This document shows, piece after piece, positions 22,653 to 34,744 of a stretch of 64,000 nucleotides of DNA. The translations under genes and the position numbers were made by a program. Source of the DNA: Rhynchopus sp. YZ270_cl-10. Lineage: Eukaryota. The first letter of the stretch is position 1. The number at the start of each line of letters is the position of its first letter. Under the pieces are notes generated by a model that searched no databases, had not been told where the DNA came from, and was given only the letters and a program-made list of their open reading frames with translations. The DNA lies in NCBI GenBank assembly GCA_964035575.1, contig OZ037836.1, positions 930,001-994,000 on the forward strand. The letters are read 5' to 3'.

Positions 22653-23034
22653 ACAAACAGCGTGTAAAAAAAAAGAGGGGTGGGACTCTATTTTTTTTCT
22701 TGGGTGAACAATTGGAGGAAGAATTGCGAGGCAATAATATGCAACTTTTATAAAGTAACGCTACAAGTATGTCTGGTTTTTGTGCGCACCCCAATAATGA
22801 AGTGTAACAAAATAAATTTTTTTTTTGTAGTTTCGACAATCACCTGTCCGAGAACGGGTTCTGTACACAATGTTTTATATATATATTTTTTTTGTAGCTA
22901 CCTGCAAAAAAAAAAAAGAAGATGAACCTGAGCCTCTCGGGCTTAACCACCTCGAAATAAAGTGTAAAATGGTGTAAAAAAAAAAAAAAAAGAAAAAAAA
23001 AAAGTTAAAAAGATGACCCTAAGCCCGTACTTAT

Positions 23035-24048
23035 TTAAGTACTTACTTCTGAGAAAGTTCCCGACTTGTCGTCACTCTCCTCGTCATCGTCATCGTCATG
23101 GTCAATGGTATGGTTACTAACCGCTTGAGAAACCATGACATCCTCACTGACTTCTCCAACTTCGCTGCCTTCATCTGCAGAGTCATGGCGGAGGTCATCT
23201 GGAACCTCAGACTCCCATGAGCCACCTCCAACATTTACCTTGGCGGTGGCCACTGCACTGGCGAGAGGAATGTAGACCATGGTATTTCCACCCTTCTCTA
23301 TTACGACTTCTTTACTGAAGTCAATCACGTACGTGTCGGGAACACGATACTTGAAATCGTAAACACCAGGTGTGAAGTTGGTGCTGGGCAATGTTCTTTT
23401 GAACGACATGGTGAAGTCGCTGCCCGAGAGTTTTGCAGAGTCAGGGACGAGCTTCGTGCACCCGCTCTCCACCATGAGCCAGAGACACTTCACTCCATTG
23501 TGCGTAACCCCGCCTTTGTTTGTGCATTCTGGCCAGCTTCTCGTAATCTTTTTAGCTGGTGTCACTGAGGAGGTCTGTAGTTTGGCCTGGTACAACGTGA
23601 GAACTTTCGCCTCATCGAGGTTGCATTTCTGTGCCAAGTTCTTCAGGCTCTTGTACTCCGCCGAATTGCTCTGTCCATTGGTGGGCGTTTGGCGCAGGGT
23701 GAAGCCGCAGAATTCGAGGTCGCTGTTCCCACTCGCTCGGCGGGAATAGTACGTCATGCTGCCGGCGTCTACTGCATTTTTGGCAGTCTTAATTTTGTGA
23801 AGTAAGTTCATCTCAATGCTAATTAAGCCGCTCTCTGATTTCAGATTTATCCCGAAAAGATTGTTCAACATCGCCTTCAACGGCGCATGAAGGAATGATT
23901 TGCCCTCTTTTTTCATCACATATATCTTGAGGAAGTTCTGCACCACATCCCTCACCTTAGATTCCACAGCCGGTTTGGGTTTGGGTTTGTCATCTACGAC
24001 CTTCGATCTTTTGGTAGGCAGGGGCTGTGTCGCTGAGCGTTTTCCCAT
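23035..24048 (-). CDS. Transposon accessory protein of unknown function (basic N-terminus, acidic tail), 337 aa
   Basis: Clean ORF inside the TIRs; NLS-like PTKRSK; weak by-eye resemblance of the C-terminal half to an alpha-crystallin/HSP20 fold. Confidence 0.7.
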   Translation of the reverse strand: MGKRSATQPLPTKRSKVVDDKPKPKPAVESKVRDVVQNFLKIYVMKKEGKSFLHAPLKAMLNNLFGINLKSESGLISIEMNLLHKIKTAKNAVDAGSMTYYSRRASGNSDLEFCGFTLRQTPTNGQSNSAEYKSLKNLAQKCNLDEAKVLTLYQAKLQTSSVTPAKKITRSWPECTNKGGVTHNGVKCLWLMVESGCTKLVPDSAKLSGSDFTMSFKRTLPSTNFTPGVYDFKYRVPDTYVIDFSKEVVIEKGGNTMVYIPLASAVATAKVNVGGGSWESEVPDDLRHDSADEGSEVGEVSEDVMVSQAVSNHTIDHDDDDDEESDDKSGTFSEVST

Positions 24049-24138
24049 TTTTTATATTGTTTTTGTTGGTTAATTCCTGAATTGAGTGTCAGGGGGCGGG
24101 AGGGTAGCTTGAACCATGCACATTAATTAATAATTATA

Positions 24139-25113
24139 ATGCAACCTCGTTCAACCACCCCCCTGACACCCAATTCAGGAACCAACAAAAGCAATATAAA
24201 CTGCCTACCAAAAAAGCGAAGCCCGATGATGCCACAAACCAGCTACTGTGGAATCTAAGGTGACGGATGTGGTGCAGAACTTCCTCAAGATATATGTGGT
24301 GAAAAAAGAGGGTAAAGCATTCCTTCATGCGCCGTTGAAGGCGATGTTGAACAATCTTTTCGGGATAAAGAGAGCGGCTTAATTAACGTTGAGATGAACG
24401 CACAAAATTCACAAAATTAAGACTGCCAAAAATGCAGTAGACGCCGGCAGCATGACGTACTATTCCCGCCGAGCGAGTGGGAACAGCGACCTCGAATTCT
24501 GCGGCTTCACCCGCCCACCAATGGACAGAGCAATTCGGCGGAGTACAAGAGCCTGAAGAACTTGGCAGCAGAGAAATGCAACCTCGATGAGGCGAAAGTT
24601 CTCACGTTGTACCAGGCCAAACTACAGACCTCCTCAGTGACACCAGCTAAAAAGATTACGAGAAGCTGGCCAGAATGCACAAACAAAGGCGAGGTTACGC
24701 ACAATGGAGTGAATCCTGACTCTGCAAAACTCTCGGGCAGCGACTTCACCATGTCGTTCAAAAGAACATTGCCCAGCACCAACTTCACACCTGGTGTTTA
24801 CGATTTCAAGTATCGTGTTCCCGACACGTACGTGATTGACTTCAGTAAAGAAGTCGTAATAGAGAAGGGTGGAAATACCATGGTCTACATTCCTCTCGCC
24901 AGTGCAGTGGCCACCGCCAAGGTAAATGTTGGAGGTGGCTCATGGGAGTCTGAGGTTCCAGATGACCTCCGCCATGACTCTGCAGATGAAGGCAGCGAAG
25001 TTGGAGAAGTCAGTGAGGATGTCATGGTTTCTCAAGCGGTTAGTAACCATACCATTGACCATGACGATGACGATGACGAGGAGAGTGACGACAAGTCGGG
25101 AACTTTATCAGAA
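24139..25113 (+). pseudogene. Inverted copy of the accessory gene, lacking its ATG and carrying small deletions
   Basis: Reverse complement of 23048-24120; 3' half essentially identical. Confidence 0.92.
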
Positions 25114-26176
25114 CCAGAGGCCATGACTTTGGTATTTTTACCCCTTTCTCTCCCCCCCCCCCCCCCCCCCCTCCCAGTACCTGTTAGACACACTTGTAGT
25201 GTTATTTTGTAAAAGTTGTTGTGGTTGCATATAATTATTAATTAATGCCAAAAGATCGGGTGGAGGGGTGGGGGTGAGATGACAGCTAAAAGATCGGGTG
25301 GGGGTCGGTGAGGTCGTTCATTTTTGTTACACACACACACACACACACAGCATTTTATGTGACATGACAGGTGCCACCTTCACGGTGACTACCTCGACGA
25401 CGCACACGCTCCACAACGAGGTCAAACCCGAAAAAGAGAACCTTAGGGCACAGCCAGTACACCTTTCCCTAAGTGTGTAGCATGCAGAACATACATGGGC
25501 TGACATCAAAACCAAAAAAAGAAGCAAATAAAAAACAACATTTTTTGTTTATCTCTCTGCAAGAATTTTTCCCACGGCTATTTGTGTGTACCATCAAAAG
25601 TGCTCGTAAGTGCCTTCATTTCCATTTTTCCCCCAGGATTGAGGACATGTGGGCAATTTGTGATGTCGAAAAAAAAAGTTTTGGTCAAAAAATGGACTTG
25701 TCTTTCGGAAAAAATCGGCTGCGCAAAACCGTGTTTTAGACCCCCACAGATGCTCAAAACTGCCAAATTTTGCTTTTAATGGCCTCAAATCGTCGAAATT
25801 CGCCCTAAAAGGGGGCAAAAAAAAAAATTCGAGAGTCCCTTTCCCTGGGAGGCAATAGCCACCGGCAAAAACACCTGTCATATGACAGGTGGTACCTGTC
25901 AAAATGACAGGTACCACCTGTCAAAATGACAGGTACCACCTGTCATATGACAGGTACCACCTGTCAAAATGACAGGTGGTACCTGTCATCTTACAGGTAC
26001 CACCTGTCATATGACAGGTGGTACTTGTCACCACCTGTCATTTTACAGGTGGTACCTGTCATTTTACAGGTACCACCTGTCATATTACTAGTAATATTCA
26101 ATTATCACCTGTCATATTTATAACTAGTTACACCACCTGTCATATCACCTGTCATGGCCATAACTAGTCCGTCGTG

Positions 26177-28260
26177 GACCCCTTACCCCCCCCCAGAATC
26201 ATTTCAATACACTACCTGTATTGGTTGCTGACGCGTGTATACAGGAAGGTTGGGAAAAAAGTGGCTTATTTGCATTTTTGGGCTCCGCCCGTGCAGCGGT
26301 GGGGTCATTTCGGAAAATTGGACAATTTTTTGACCACTTAAATTTTGAGAAATATGAGCCCGGTTCCTTATACGTGGGGCCCATTTTTGGCCAAAATTTT
26401 TCTCAAAATCGACGAAATTAAAATTAGACCCCTTACCCCCCCCCCAGAATCATTTCAATACACTACCTGTATTGGTTGCTGACGCGTGTATACAGGAAGG
26501 TTGGGAAAAAAGTGGCTTATTTGCATTTTTGGGCTCCGCCCGTGCAGCGGTGGGGTCATTTCGGAAAATTGGACAATTTTTTGACCACTTAAATTTTGAG
26601 AAATATGAGCCCGGTTCCTTATACGTGGGGCCCATTTTTGGCCAAAATTTTTCTCAAAATCGACGAAATTAAAATTAGACCCCTTACCCCCCCCCAGAAT
26701 CATTTCAATACACTACCTGTATTGGTTGCTGACGCGTGTATACAGGAAGGTTGGGAAAAAAGTGGCTTATTTGCATTTTTGGGCTCCGCCCGTGCAGCGG
26801 TGGGGTCATTTCGGAAAATTGGACAATTTTTTGACCACTTAAATTTTGAGAAATATGAGCCCGGTTCCTTATACGTGGGGCCCATTTTTGGCCAAAATTT
26901 TTCTCAAAATCGACGAAATTAAAATTAGACCCCTTACCCCCCCCCCAGAATCATTTCAATACACTACCTGTATTGGTTGCTGACGCGTGTATACAGGAAG
27001 GTTGGGAAAAAAGTGGCTTATTTGCATTTTTGGGCTCCGCCCGTGCAGCGGTGGGGTCATTTCGGAAAATTGGACAATTTTTTGACCACTTAAATTTTGA
27101 GAAATATGAGCCCGGTTCCTTATACGTGGGGCCCATTTTTGGCCAAAATTTTTCTCAAAATCGACGAAATTAAAATTAGACCCCTTACCCCCCCCCAGAA
27201 TCATTTCAATACACTACCTGTATTGGTTGCTGACGCGTGTATACAGGAAGGTTGGGAAAAAAGTGGCTTATTTGCATTTTTGGGCTCCGCCCGTGCAGCG
27301 GTGGGGTCATTTCGGAAAATTGGACAATTTTTTGACCACTTAAATTTTGAGAAATATGAGCCCGGTTCCTTATACGTGGGGCCCATTTTTGGCCAAAATT
27401 TTTCTCAAAATCGACGAAATTAAAATTAGACCCCTTACCCCCCCCCCAGAATCATTTCAATACACTACCTGTATTGGTTGCTGACGCGTGTATACAGGAA
27501 GGTTGGGAAAAAAGTGGCTTATTTGCATTTTTGGGCTCCGCCCGTGCAGCGGTGGGGTCATTTCGGAAAATTGGACAATTTTTTGACCACTTAAATTTTG
27601 AGAAATATGAGCCCGGTTCCTTATACGTGGGGCCCATTTTTGGCCAAAATTTTTCTCAAAATCGACGAAATTAAAATTAGACCCCTTACCCCCCCCCAGA
27701 ATCATTTCAATACACTACCTGTATTGGTTGCTGACGCGTGTATACAGGAAGGTTGGGAAAAAAGTGGCTTATTTGCATTTTTGGGCTCCGCCCGTGCAGC
27801 GGTGGGGTCATTTCGGAAAATTGGACAATTTTTTGACCACTTAAATTTTGAGAAATATGAGCCCGGTTCCTTATACGTGGGGCCCATTTTTGGCCAAAAT
27901 TTTTCTCAAAATCGACGAAATTAAAATTAGACCCCTTACCCCCCCCCAGAATCATTTCAATACACTACCTGTATTGGTTGCTGACGCGTGTATACAGGAA
28001 GGTTGGGAAAAAGTGGCTTATTTGCATTTTTGGGCTCCGCCCGTGCAGCGGTGGGGTCATTTCGGAAAATTGGACAATTTTTTGACCACTTAAATTTTGA
28101 GAAATATGAGCCCGGTTCCTTATACGTGGGGCCCATTTTTGGCCAAAATTTTTCTCAAAATCGACGAAATTAAAATTAGACCCCTTACCCCCCCCCAGAA
28201 TCATTTCAATACACTACCTGTATTGGTTGCTGACGCGTGTATACAGGAAGGTTGGGAAAA
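26177..28260. repeat. 250-bp satellite, right part (~8.3 units)
   Basis: Units differ only in homopolymer lengths. Confidence 0.97.
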
Positions 28261-28320
28261 CCGGTCCCCAGCCGAAAAAACCCCGGAAAATAGGCCCGTC
28301 ACGGTTCAGGCCTGCCGGGA

Positions 28321-29050
28321 AGGGGTCCAGGGTTTTCGCTTATTTTCATGAAAATTTTTTTTCTCCCCAAAACCGTGAAGATATTTCCAAAAAGGGTTCA
28401 AAAAAAAAATTTGCGCTCCGCGCGAAAAGGTCCGTTCATTTCGCGTAAATACGTGATGACGTGGGATGGTAACGTGCATCAAGAACCAAACCAGCCCTTT
28501 TCTCACGTTTTTCCACGTCAAGCCGTCGCACTAGGTTCTCTCTTGTGAACGCAACCTTCCCTCAGTACAAGAAGAAACGGCGGATGACATCAAAACTTTC
28601 TGGCGAAGCCACGGTACGCACAACATTTCAAAAATTGTGACCTAAAACCGAACATTTTTACAGCCAAACTATGGTAGAGGTCTGTGGGCTGCCAGTTTTT
28701 GAGCTGCGCCGCAGGCGCACGGTACGCTACTTTTTTAATTTTTGCCGGCAAGGGGGGTGCATCATTGAGTCCCTGAAACAGGTCTCCATCGTCACCTCCT
28801 GAAGATGCGGGCGCAGGCGCCCACATCTCCAGGACCAAGGTACCCACGGCATACCACAGGCAGAGAACCCCCCGTCCCAAAAAACCCCCATTTTTAAGGG
28901 TGAACCAGCGGATAAAAATAAAAAATAATAAATAAAAGTGAACCAGCGAACCAGCGGATAGCATTAGGCCTGTGCAAAAGCCCGGAAAAAGGCAAAAAAA
29001 AATAAAAATCCCCACCCAAAAAAGAAAGAAAAAAACGAAAACATAAATCA
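28321..29050. repeat. Dispersed repeat, also at 35829-35901 + 37582-38530
   Basis: Near-identical sequence; the second copy carries two extra insertions. Confidence 0.85.
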
Positions 29051-29379
29051 TCCAAAATCTGCCCAGCCGTATAGAAAAGCCCGATTTTGGTCTGGTTTTT
29101 AGGTTATCCATTTTTCGCTAAAAAAATTGTCCGACCCCGGAATTTTTTCAGATCGCTCCGGAAATTCATACAAGCGCATTTTCGGGGGAAAAAATTACAC
29201 CCTCGGTGTCGCAAACGCTTGCGGGCGTGCCCGCAAACATCCTGGAAATGATTAGCCCAATTTTTTTTTTTCGATTTTTATTTATTTTGAAAGATCGGGT
29301 GTAAAAGCGTTCAATTCCGGGGGGGGGGTCCGTAAGTTTGTGTATTAGTGTGTAAAATTTCCGGCCCTTTTGGGTGAAA

Positions 29380-29820
29380 AAAAAAAGGGGTGAGGGGAGT
29401 TGGGTCCAGTCATAGGGGGTATAGCATATTTTTTGGAAAATTCTTCAAAAAAGCAAGGATTTTTGCTGAGCACAATGAAATTTTCAGAAAAATCCCAATT
29501 TTCGGCCAAATTTGGAGCAAATTAGGGCCCACACACCCCGATTTTGGGTCAAAAACCGACTTCATTGCTCAGGAGTGCCTACGATTACGTAAACCAAAGG
29601 TCCTCTGGATGCATGCATTGATAAACACAACACTGGAAATTGCAAGGAACAGGTCTGCATGCGTGTTCTCTAGCCACTACAGTCACAGGGTATGCACAAA
29701 ATGACCGTATTGTGGTTGAATTTTGACTTGCAAATGTTTTTCACGAACATGTATTTCTGAGGTTTTTTGGATTCTTTGGGCCATTTTATGGCTTCGGGTG
29801 CCTACCACGCCCGTTTTTGA
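29380..29820. repeat. Dispersed repeat, also at about 60860-61250
   Basis: Shared gggtgaggggagttgggtccagtcatagg...gtatgcacaaaatgaccg. Confidence 0.8.
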
Positions 29821-32186
29821 GCAATAAAAATTTTTTTGTCTGGTCAAAAATCGCCTTGTACTTGTGAAAGGAATTGCTAAGGAAATGTGAAATATGTGTG
29901 TTTTTGTACACAAAAGTGCGTTTTGGGTGCTTCTGAAGGGTCAAAACACCAAAATTTTGCGTTTTTTTGCGTTTTTGATCTCCCAAGGACACACTATTTT
30001 CGGTGAATTTTTTTGTGAAAAAAAACTGAAAAATCACGGCTATAAGAACGCTAAGGAAAAATCAATATTCATTTTTTTTGGGCAGAAAAGTGCGTTTTAG
30101 GTGCCCACCGATGGTCAAAACATCATTTTTTTTGTGTTTTTGGCATCTTTGGACACCCAAGGACCCACTATCGGGGTGATTTTTTTTTTCCTGAGATTTG
30201 CCTTTGCCAAAATCGAAAAAAAAAAAATTGTGACGGAATTTGCTAAGGAAAAGTCGAAATTGTGGGCCCCTGTAGTAATGCATAAGGTGCATAATGCATA
30301 TGTTTACCCCCAGATCGTCAAAACACCCGATTTTTGCGTTTTTTTGCACTTTTTGGTGCCCAAAAACCCAACTCAGGGGTCGAAATTTTCCCGAAAAAAA
30401 AATTTTTTTTTTTTTGAGATTTTTTGATTTTTTGACAAGGCGCTGTCCCATACAAAATGCACTGGTGGTACAGAAAATGACTGGGGAACTAACTCTAGAT
30501 GCTCAAAACAGCCCAATTCTTGCTTTTTTTGACTTTTTGGTCCCAGAAGGGAGCCTAGGGTGTAGTGAGCAGGCCTCAAAAACACTTCTGAAAAAAAAAA
30601 TTGGGATTTTTTTTTTTGAGATTTTTTCAAAAATCGACTTGTTTTTGGTAAAAATCACGAAATTTTGGGTTCGCGGAACCGCGTTTTAGACCCCCCTAGA
30701 TGCTCAAAAGTGCCAAATTTTGCTTTTAATGGCCTCAAATCGTCGAAATTAGCCCAATACAGGGGCAAAAAAAAAAAAATTCGAGGGTCTAGGTATGGAG
30801 AGCGAGCACCTTAGAAGGAAGATCGTACGTAAATTTTTGTGTGTACAATTGTACACCCGGTCTGCCGGTCTTTTTCGAGGGTGGGTAGGACCGGCCCTTA
30901 TAGCCGGTAATCCTTAAGAGCCGGTCTTTTTACGGACCCTAAAGACCGGCCAAAGACCGGCTATACACACTAATTACGTGTCTGGTCGTTGCCGGTCTAT
31001 TTACGGATCCCCCGGGGTCGGACGATTTTTTTTACGCACCTGTGGTATTCTGAAGAAAAATCGTGAGGGGGGCGGTTTTCAGTAGGTTCCTTAAGGTTTC
31101 CCTTACCACACCCATTTCCTTAAGGATTTCCCGGGTTTTCCTTCTAATGACCAAGATGTTTCACCTTGACGCAACTTCAAGAAAGTTTTCGATTTTTTTT
31201 TCTTTGGAACGAGGGTTCATAATATCATTCAAATAACGCCGGTTTCGTCTCGCGAAAATTTTTTGACTGTCACTAGTATTTTGTGTGGAACTCGGCCCGT
31301 TTTGCTAAGCAATTTGCCTTGTATTAGTACCTAAAGCCATGGTCTGGTTTTTATGTAACTTTAACTCCACTAAAGTTTTCGATTTTTTTTTTATTTTATT
31401 GGGCGGAGTCCAGGGCGCGCGCTAAATCCACACCCTCACACCCGGTTTTTTCGAGGTTTTTTCGCGGTACAAAAATTTTTTGATTACACGATTTCCTTAA
31501 GAAAATCAGAGAATCCCGTCTTGTACAGTAAGGGCACTTCAGATAGTTTTTGGACACACATGTGACCCCACCGTGGAGAGCAATCGGCTCGCGCAATCAA
31601 AAGAAAGCAGAGAAAAGGGGAAAGAAAAAAGAATAAAGTTGAGTACCGTGCGCCTGCGGCGCTACCTGTTCCCTACCCCCCCATGATGTACTTACAGTAG
31701 GACAAGTAATATTGGCGACCAAAAAAGTCGCCAATTGCAAGAAAACCCCCAAAATCCGCCAATATTTTTTGGTCGCCAAGTTATTTGGTGGGAAAGCGGT
31801 TCTTATTGGTACAAAAAGCACAAGTACAAAAAATGTGCCCCTTCAGTGCACCAGGTGCAGCGTATCTTTCAAGAAAGTCGAATATTAGCTCCGCGCCACG
31901 CACTCACGCAGCCACCCAAAAATACACATGGTGAGGCACAAAAACTTTACCAAAATTGCGAAAAAAACCACTTCCCAACCACTGTGACTACGAACCACTA
32001 CCCTACCAATTAATATTGGCGACCAAAAAAGTCGCCAATTACAAGAAAACCCCCAAAATCCGCCAATATTATTTGGTCGCCAAGTTATTTGGTCGCCAAG
32101 TTTCTTGTCCTACTGTATATTCCACCTGATTTTGACCATGTTTGCCGGTGTTTTCCGGTGTTGGCCGGTGAAGTCACGGTAATGGG

Positions 32187-32380
32187 TACTGTGTACTGTG
32201 TACTGTGTACTGTGTACTGTGTACTGTGTACTGTGTACTGTGTACTGTGTACTGTGTACTGTGTACTGTGTACTGTGTACTGTGTACTGTGTACTGTGTA
32301 CTGTGTACTGTGTACTGTGTACTGTGTACTGTGTACTGTGTACTGTGTACTGTGTACTGTGTACTGTGTACTGTGTACTG
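32187..32380. repeat. (TACTGTG)n microsatellite
   Basis: Perfect array. Confidence 0.97.
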
Positions 32381-33199
32381 GCTGTCTGAAAGACCTGAAA
32401 ATGACCCTTGTTTACGAGTATGGGTTCATATTTTGTGAAAATTTAAGTCACCAAAATTTTGTCCATTTTTCCGTATATCCCCCACCACAGCCCGGGATTT
32501 TCTCGGAAATGTAACATGACCCTGATTTTTCTGCCCCCCTTCACATACTTCCTGTAGGTACATTTTTTTGGACCCGATATCCATTTTTTCGGGAAATTTC
32601 CGAAAAGTTAGCGCGCGCCCTGGCGGAGTCCGGAAATGCATACAAGCTAATTTTTTTGGGCGTTTGTTGACACTTTATTTCTTGAGTCACCGATAAGAAA
32701 ACGAGAAAAAACTGACACGGCCATTTCAGAAAAAATATTTTTTTTATTTTTTTGAGATTTTTATTTCTTTTGAAAGCGCGGTTTCGAAACGTTCAATTCC
32801 GGTGTCGGACGATAAAAAATATGCATCTCACATTTCTGAGTGAAAAATATGAAAAAGTATACGGCTAGCGAGATTTTGGATGAAATCCATTGTGCCGCTT
32901 TATCCGAGCACAAGAGGCAACCATGTCTTTGCCTGAAGTACAGAAATGAGATGAGTGCACAATAAAGGAGGAGGGTGGTAAATTTGTTTCAATAACTTTC
33001 AAATCAAAGAAGAGAAAGCTCAAGGACGTCAATAGATGCATTCAAACGTCAGTGTTTTTGTTACAAAAATGTGAAAAGAAAAGAGAAACAATCTCAACGT
33101 ACACACTCTGCTGATTCTAACAACGGGGGTAGAAAAATCGTGCATGGAAAACATGCGGGATTTCCTAAGATATGTCACAAGTGTCATGTCCCGGGTGCC

Positions 33200-34744
33200 T
33201 CACATGCACACACATTTGCACTTGGTATCGTCCACGAGGCTACCTCCATATATAATATTATAGTCATGCACATATTCTGAAACAACACTGCTCGATCCGG
33301 TGACGTTGATGCTGCTTGTGGGTATTTTGCATCCTACCAGGAAGCCTCTCCCAATGTCCTTCGCCTTCGTCAACCCAGATAAGTCAAGTGTTTTCAATGC
33401 GGTGCAGTAGAAGAGAAAGTTGTCCTCTATGTGCGTCACATTGTTCCACGTAGAAATATCCAGTGTGGTCAATGCAGTGCAGTTGGAGAGAAAGTACTCA
33501 TCAACCCTCGTCACATTGCTCCACCCAGAAATATCCAGTGTGGTCAATGAGGTGCACTTGGAGAGAAAGTGCTGCTCAACCCGCGTCACATTGCTCCACC
33601 CAGACAAGTCAAGGCTTTGCAATGCACTGCAGTCGGAGAGGAAGGACTTTCCCATCTGCATCACATTGTTCCACGTAGAAATATCAAGTGTGGTCAATGA
33701 GGTGCAGTTGTACACAAAGCAGCACCCTATTTGCGTCACATTGTTCCACCCAGATAAGTCAAGGCTTTGCAATGCGGTGCACTTGTAGAGAAAGTACTCA
33801 TCAACCCGTGCCACATTGCTCCACCCAGACAAGTCGAGAGTTTGTAATTCCCTGCAGTTAGAGAGAAACGAGTGCTCAATGTGTGCCACATTGCTCCACC
33901 CAGACAAGTCGAGAGTTTGAAATTCCCTGCAGTTAGAGAGAAACGAGTGCTCAATGTGTGCCACCTTGTTCCACCCAGAGAAGTCAAGCGTTCGCAGGGC
34001 GGTGCAGTCGGAGAGAAAGCAGGACTCAATGTGCGTCACATTGTTCCACGTAGAAATATCCAGTGTGGTTAATGAGGTGCAGGCGAAGAGAAAGGACTCA
34101 TCAACCCGTGCCACATTGCTCCACCCAGACAAGTCGAGAGTTTGTAATTCACTGCAGTTAGAGAGAAACGAGTGCTCAATGTGTGCCACATTGCTCCACC
34201 CAGACAAGTCAAGCGTTCGCAAGGCGGTGCAGTCGGAGAGAAAGCAGGACTCAATGTGCGTCACATTGTTCCACCCAGATAAATCAGCTGTGTGCAATGA
34301 GCGGCAGAATTTGAGAAAGGAGCAACCTACTGCAGTCACACCTGGCACACCACTGAGATCAAGTTCTGAGAACGTGGCACCTTGCAATAAGTAACGGGGG
34401 ATCTCAGTAACAACCTCCGCCTGCAGAAACAAATAAATCAGCTTGGGATCTGCAAGAATTCTGAACCTCTCTGACGTCAGCCTTGTCTCACCCAAGTCAC
34501 GAAGAGCTGCAATGGCGTCGTCCTTCTGCGATTTCGTCTTCGTCAGCACAACTGTGTCCCCAGCACTCAGCTGCGTCGTGTCGTCTCCTTCGGCCAGCAG
34601 CTTCCCTCCAAAGCTCATGTCAAAGCCGTCTTCGCGCAACTCTGCTGCAGACGCCACCTTCCGCCGTATGTCCGCAGTTGTATCATCCACACCCACCTCG
34701 ACTGTGTACTTCTCTCCGTCAAAGCTCTTCACACATATTTCCAT
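33200..34744 (-). CDS. Ubl + BspA-type LRR protein with CaaX, family B (514 aa)
   Basis: MEICVKSFDGEKYTVEV Ubl domain; repeats LDLSGWxNVxxIxxxFLxxC; ends KCKCVCM. Confidence 0.9.
   Translation of the reverse strand: MEICVKSFDGEKYTVEVGVDDTTADIRRKVASAAELREDGFDMSFGGKLLAEGDDTTQLSAGDTVVLTKTKSQKDDAIAALRDLGETRLTSERFRILADPKLIYLFLQAEVVTEIPRYLLQGATFSELDLSGVPGVTAVGCSFLKFCRSLHTADLSGWNNVTHIESCFLSDCTALRTLDLSGWSNVAHIEHSFLSNCSELQTLDLSGWSNVARVDESFLFACTSLTTLDISTWNNVTHIESCFLSDCTALRTLDFSGWNKVAHIEHSFLSNCREFQTLDLSGWSNVAHIEHSFLSNCRELQTLDLSGWSNVARVDEYFLYKCTALQSLDLSGWNNVTQIGCCFVYNCTSLTTLDISTWNNVMQMGKSFLSDCSALQSLDLSGWSNVTRVEQHFLSKCTSLTTLDISGWSNVTRVDEYFLSNCTALTTLDISTWNNVTHIEDNFLFYCTALKTLDLSGLTKAKDIGRGFLVGCKIPTSSINVTGSSSVVSEYVHDYNIIYGGSLVDDTKCKCVCM

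Larger units (their letters stand above)
17773..26176 (-). mobile_element. 8.4-kb cut-and-paste DNA transposon, CMC (CACTA/Chapaev)/Transib-related
   Basis: TIR CACGACGGACTAGTTATG(A/G)CCATGACAGGTGAT at both ends; 2-bp TSD GA within satellite site aaattaGAccccttacc; many subterminal TGACAGGT repeats (17795-17880, 25870-26155). Confidence 0.92.

Noticed and set aside
26177..28260. CRISPR-like array or short repeated ORFs
   Set aside because: Units are identical 250-bp monomers with no unique spacers; the ORFs are satellite artefacts.
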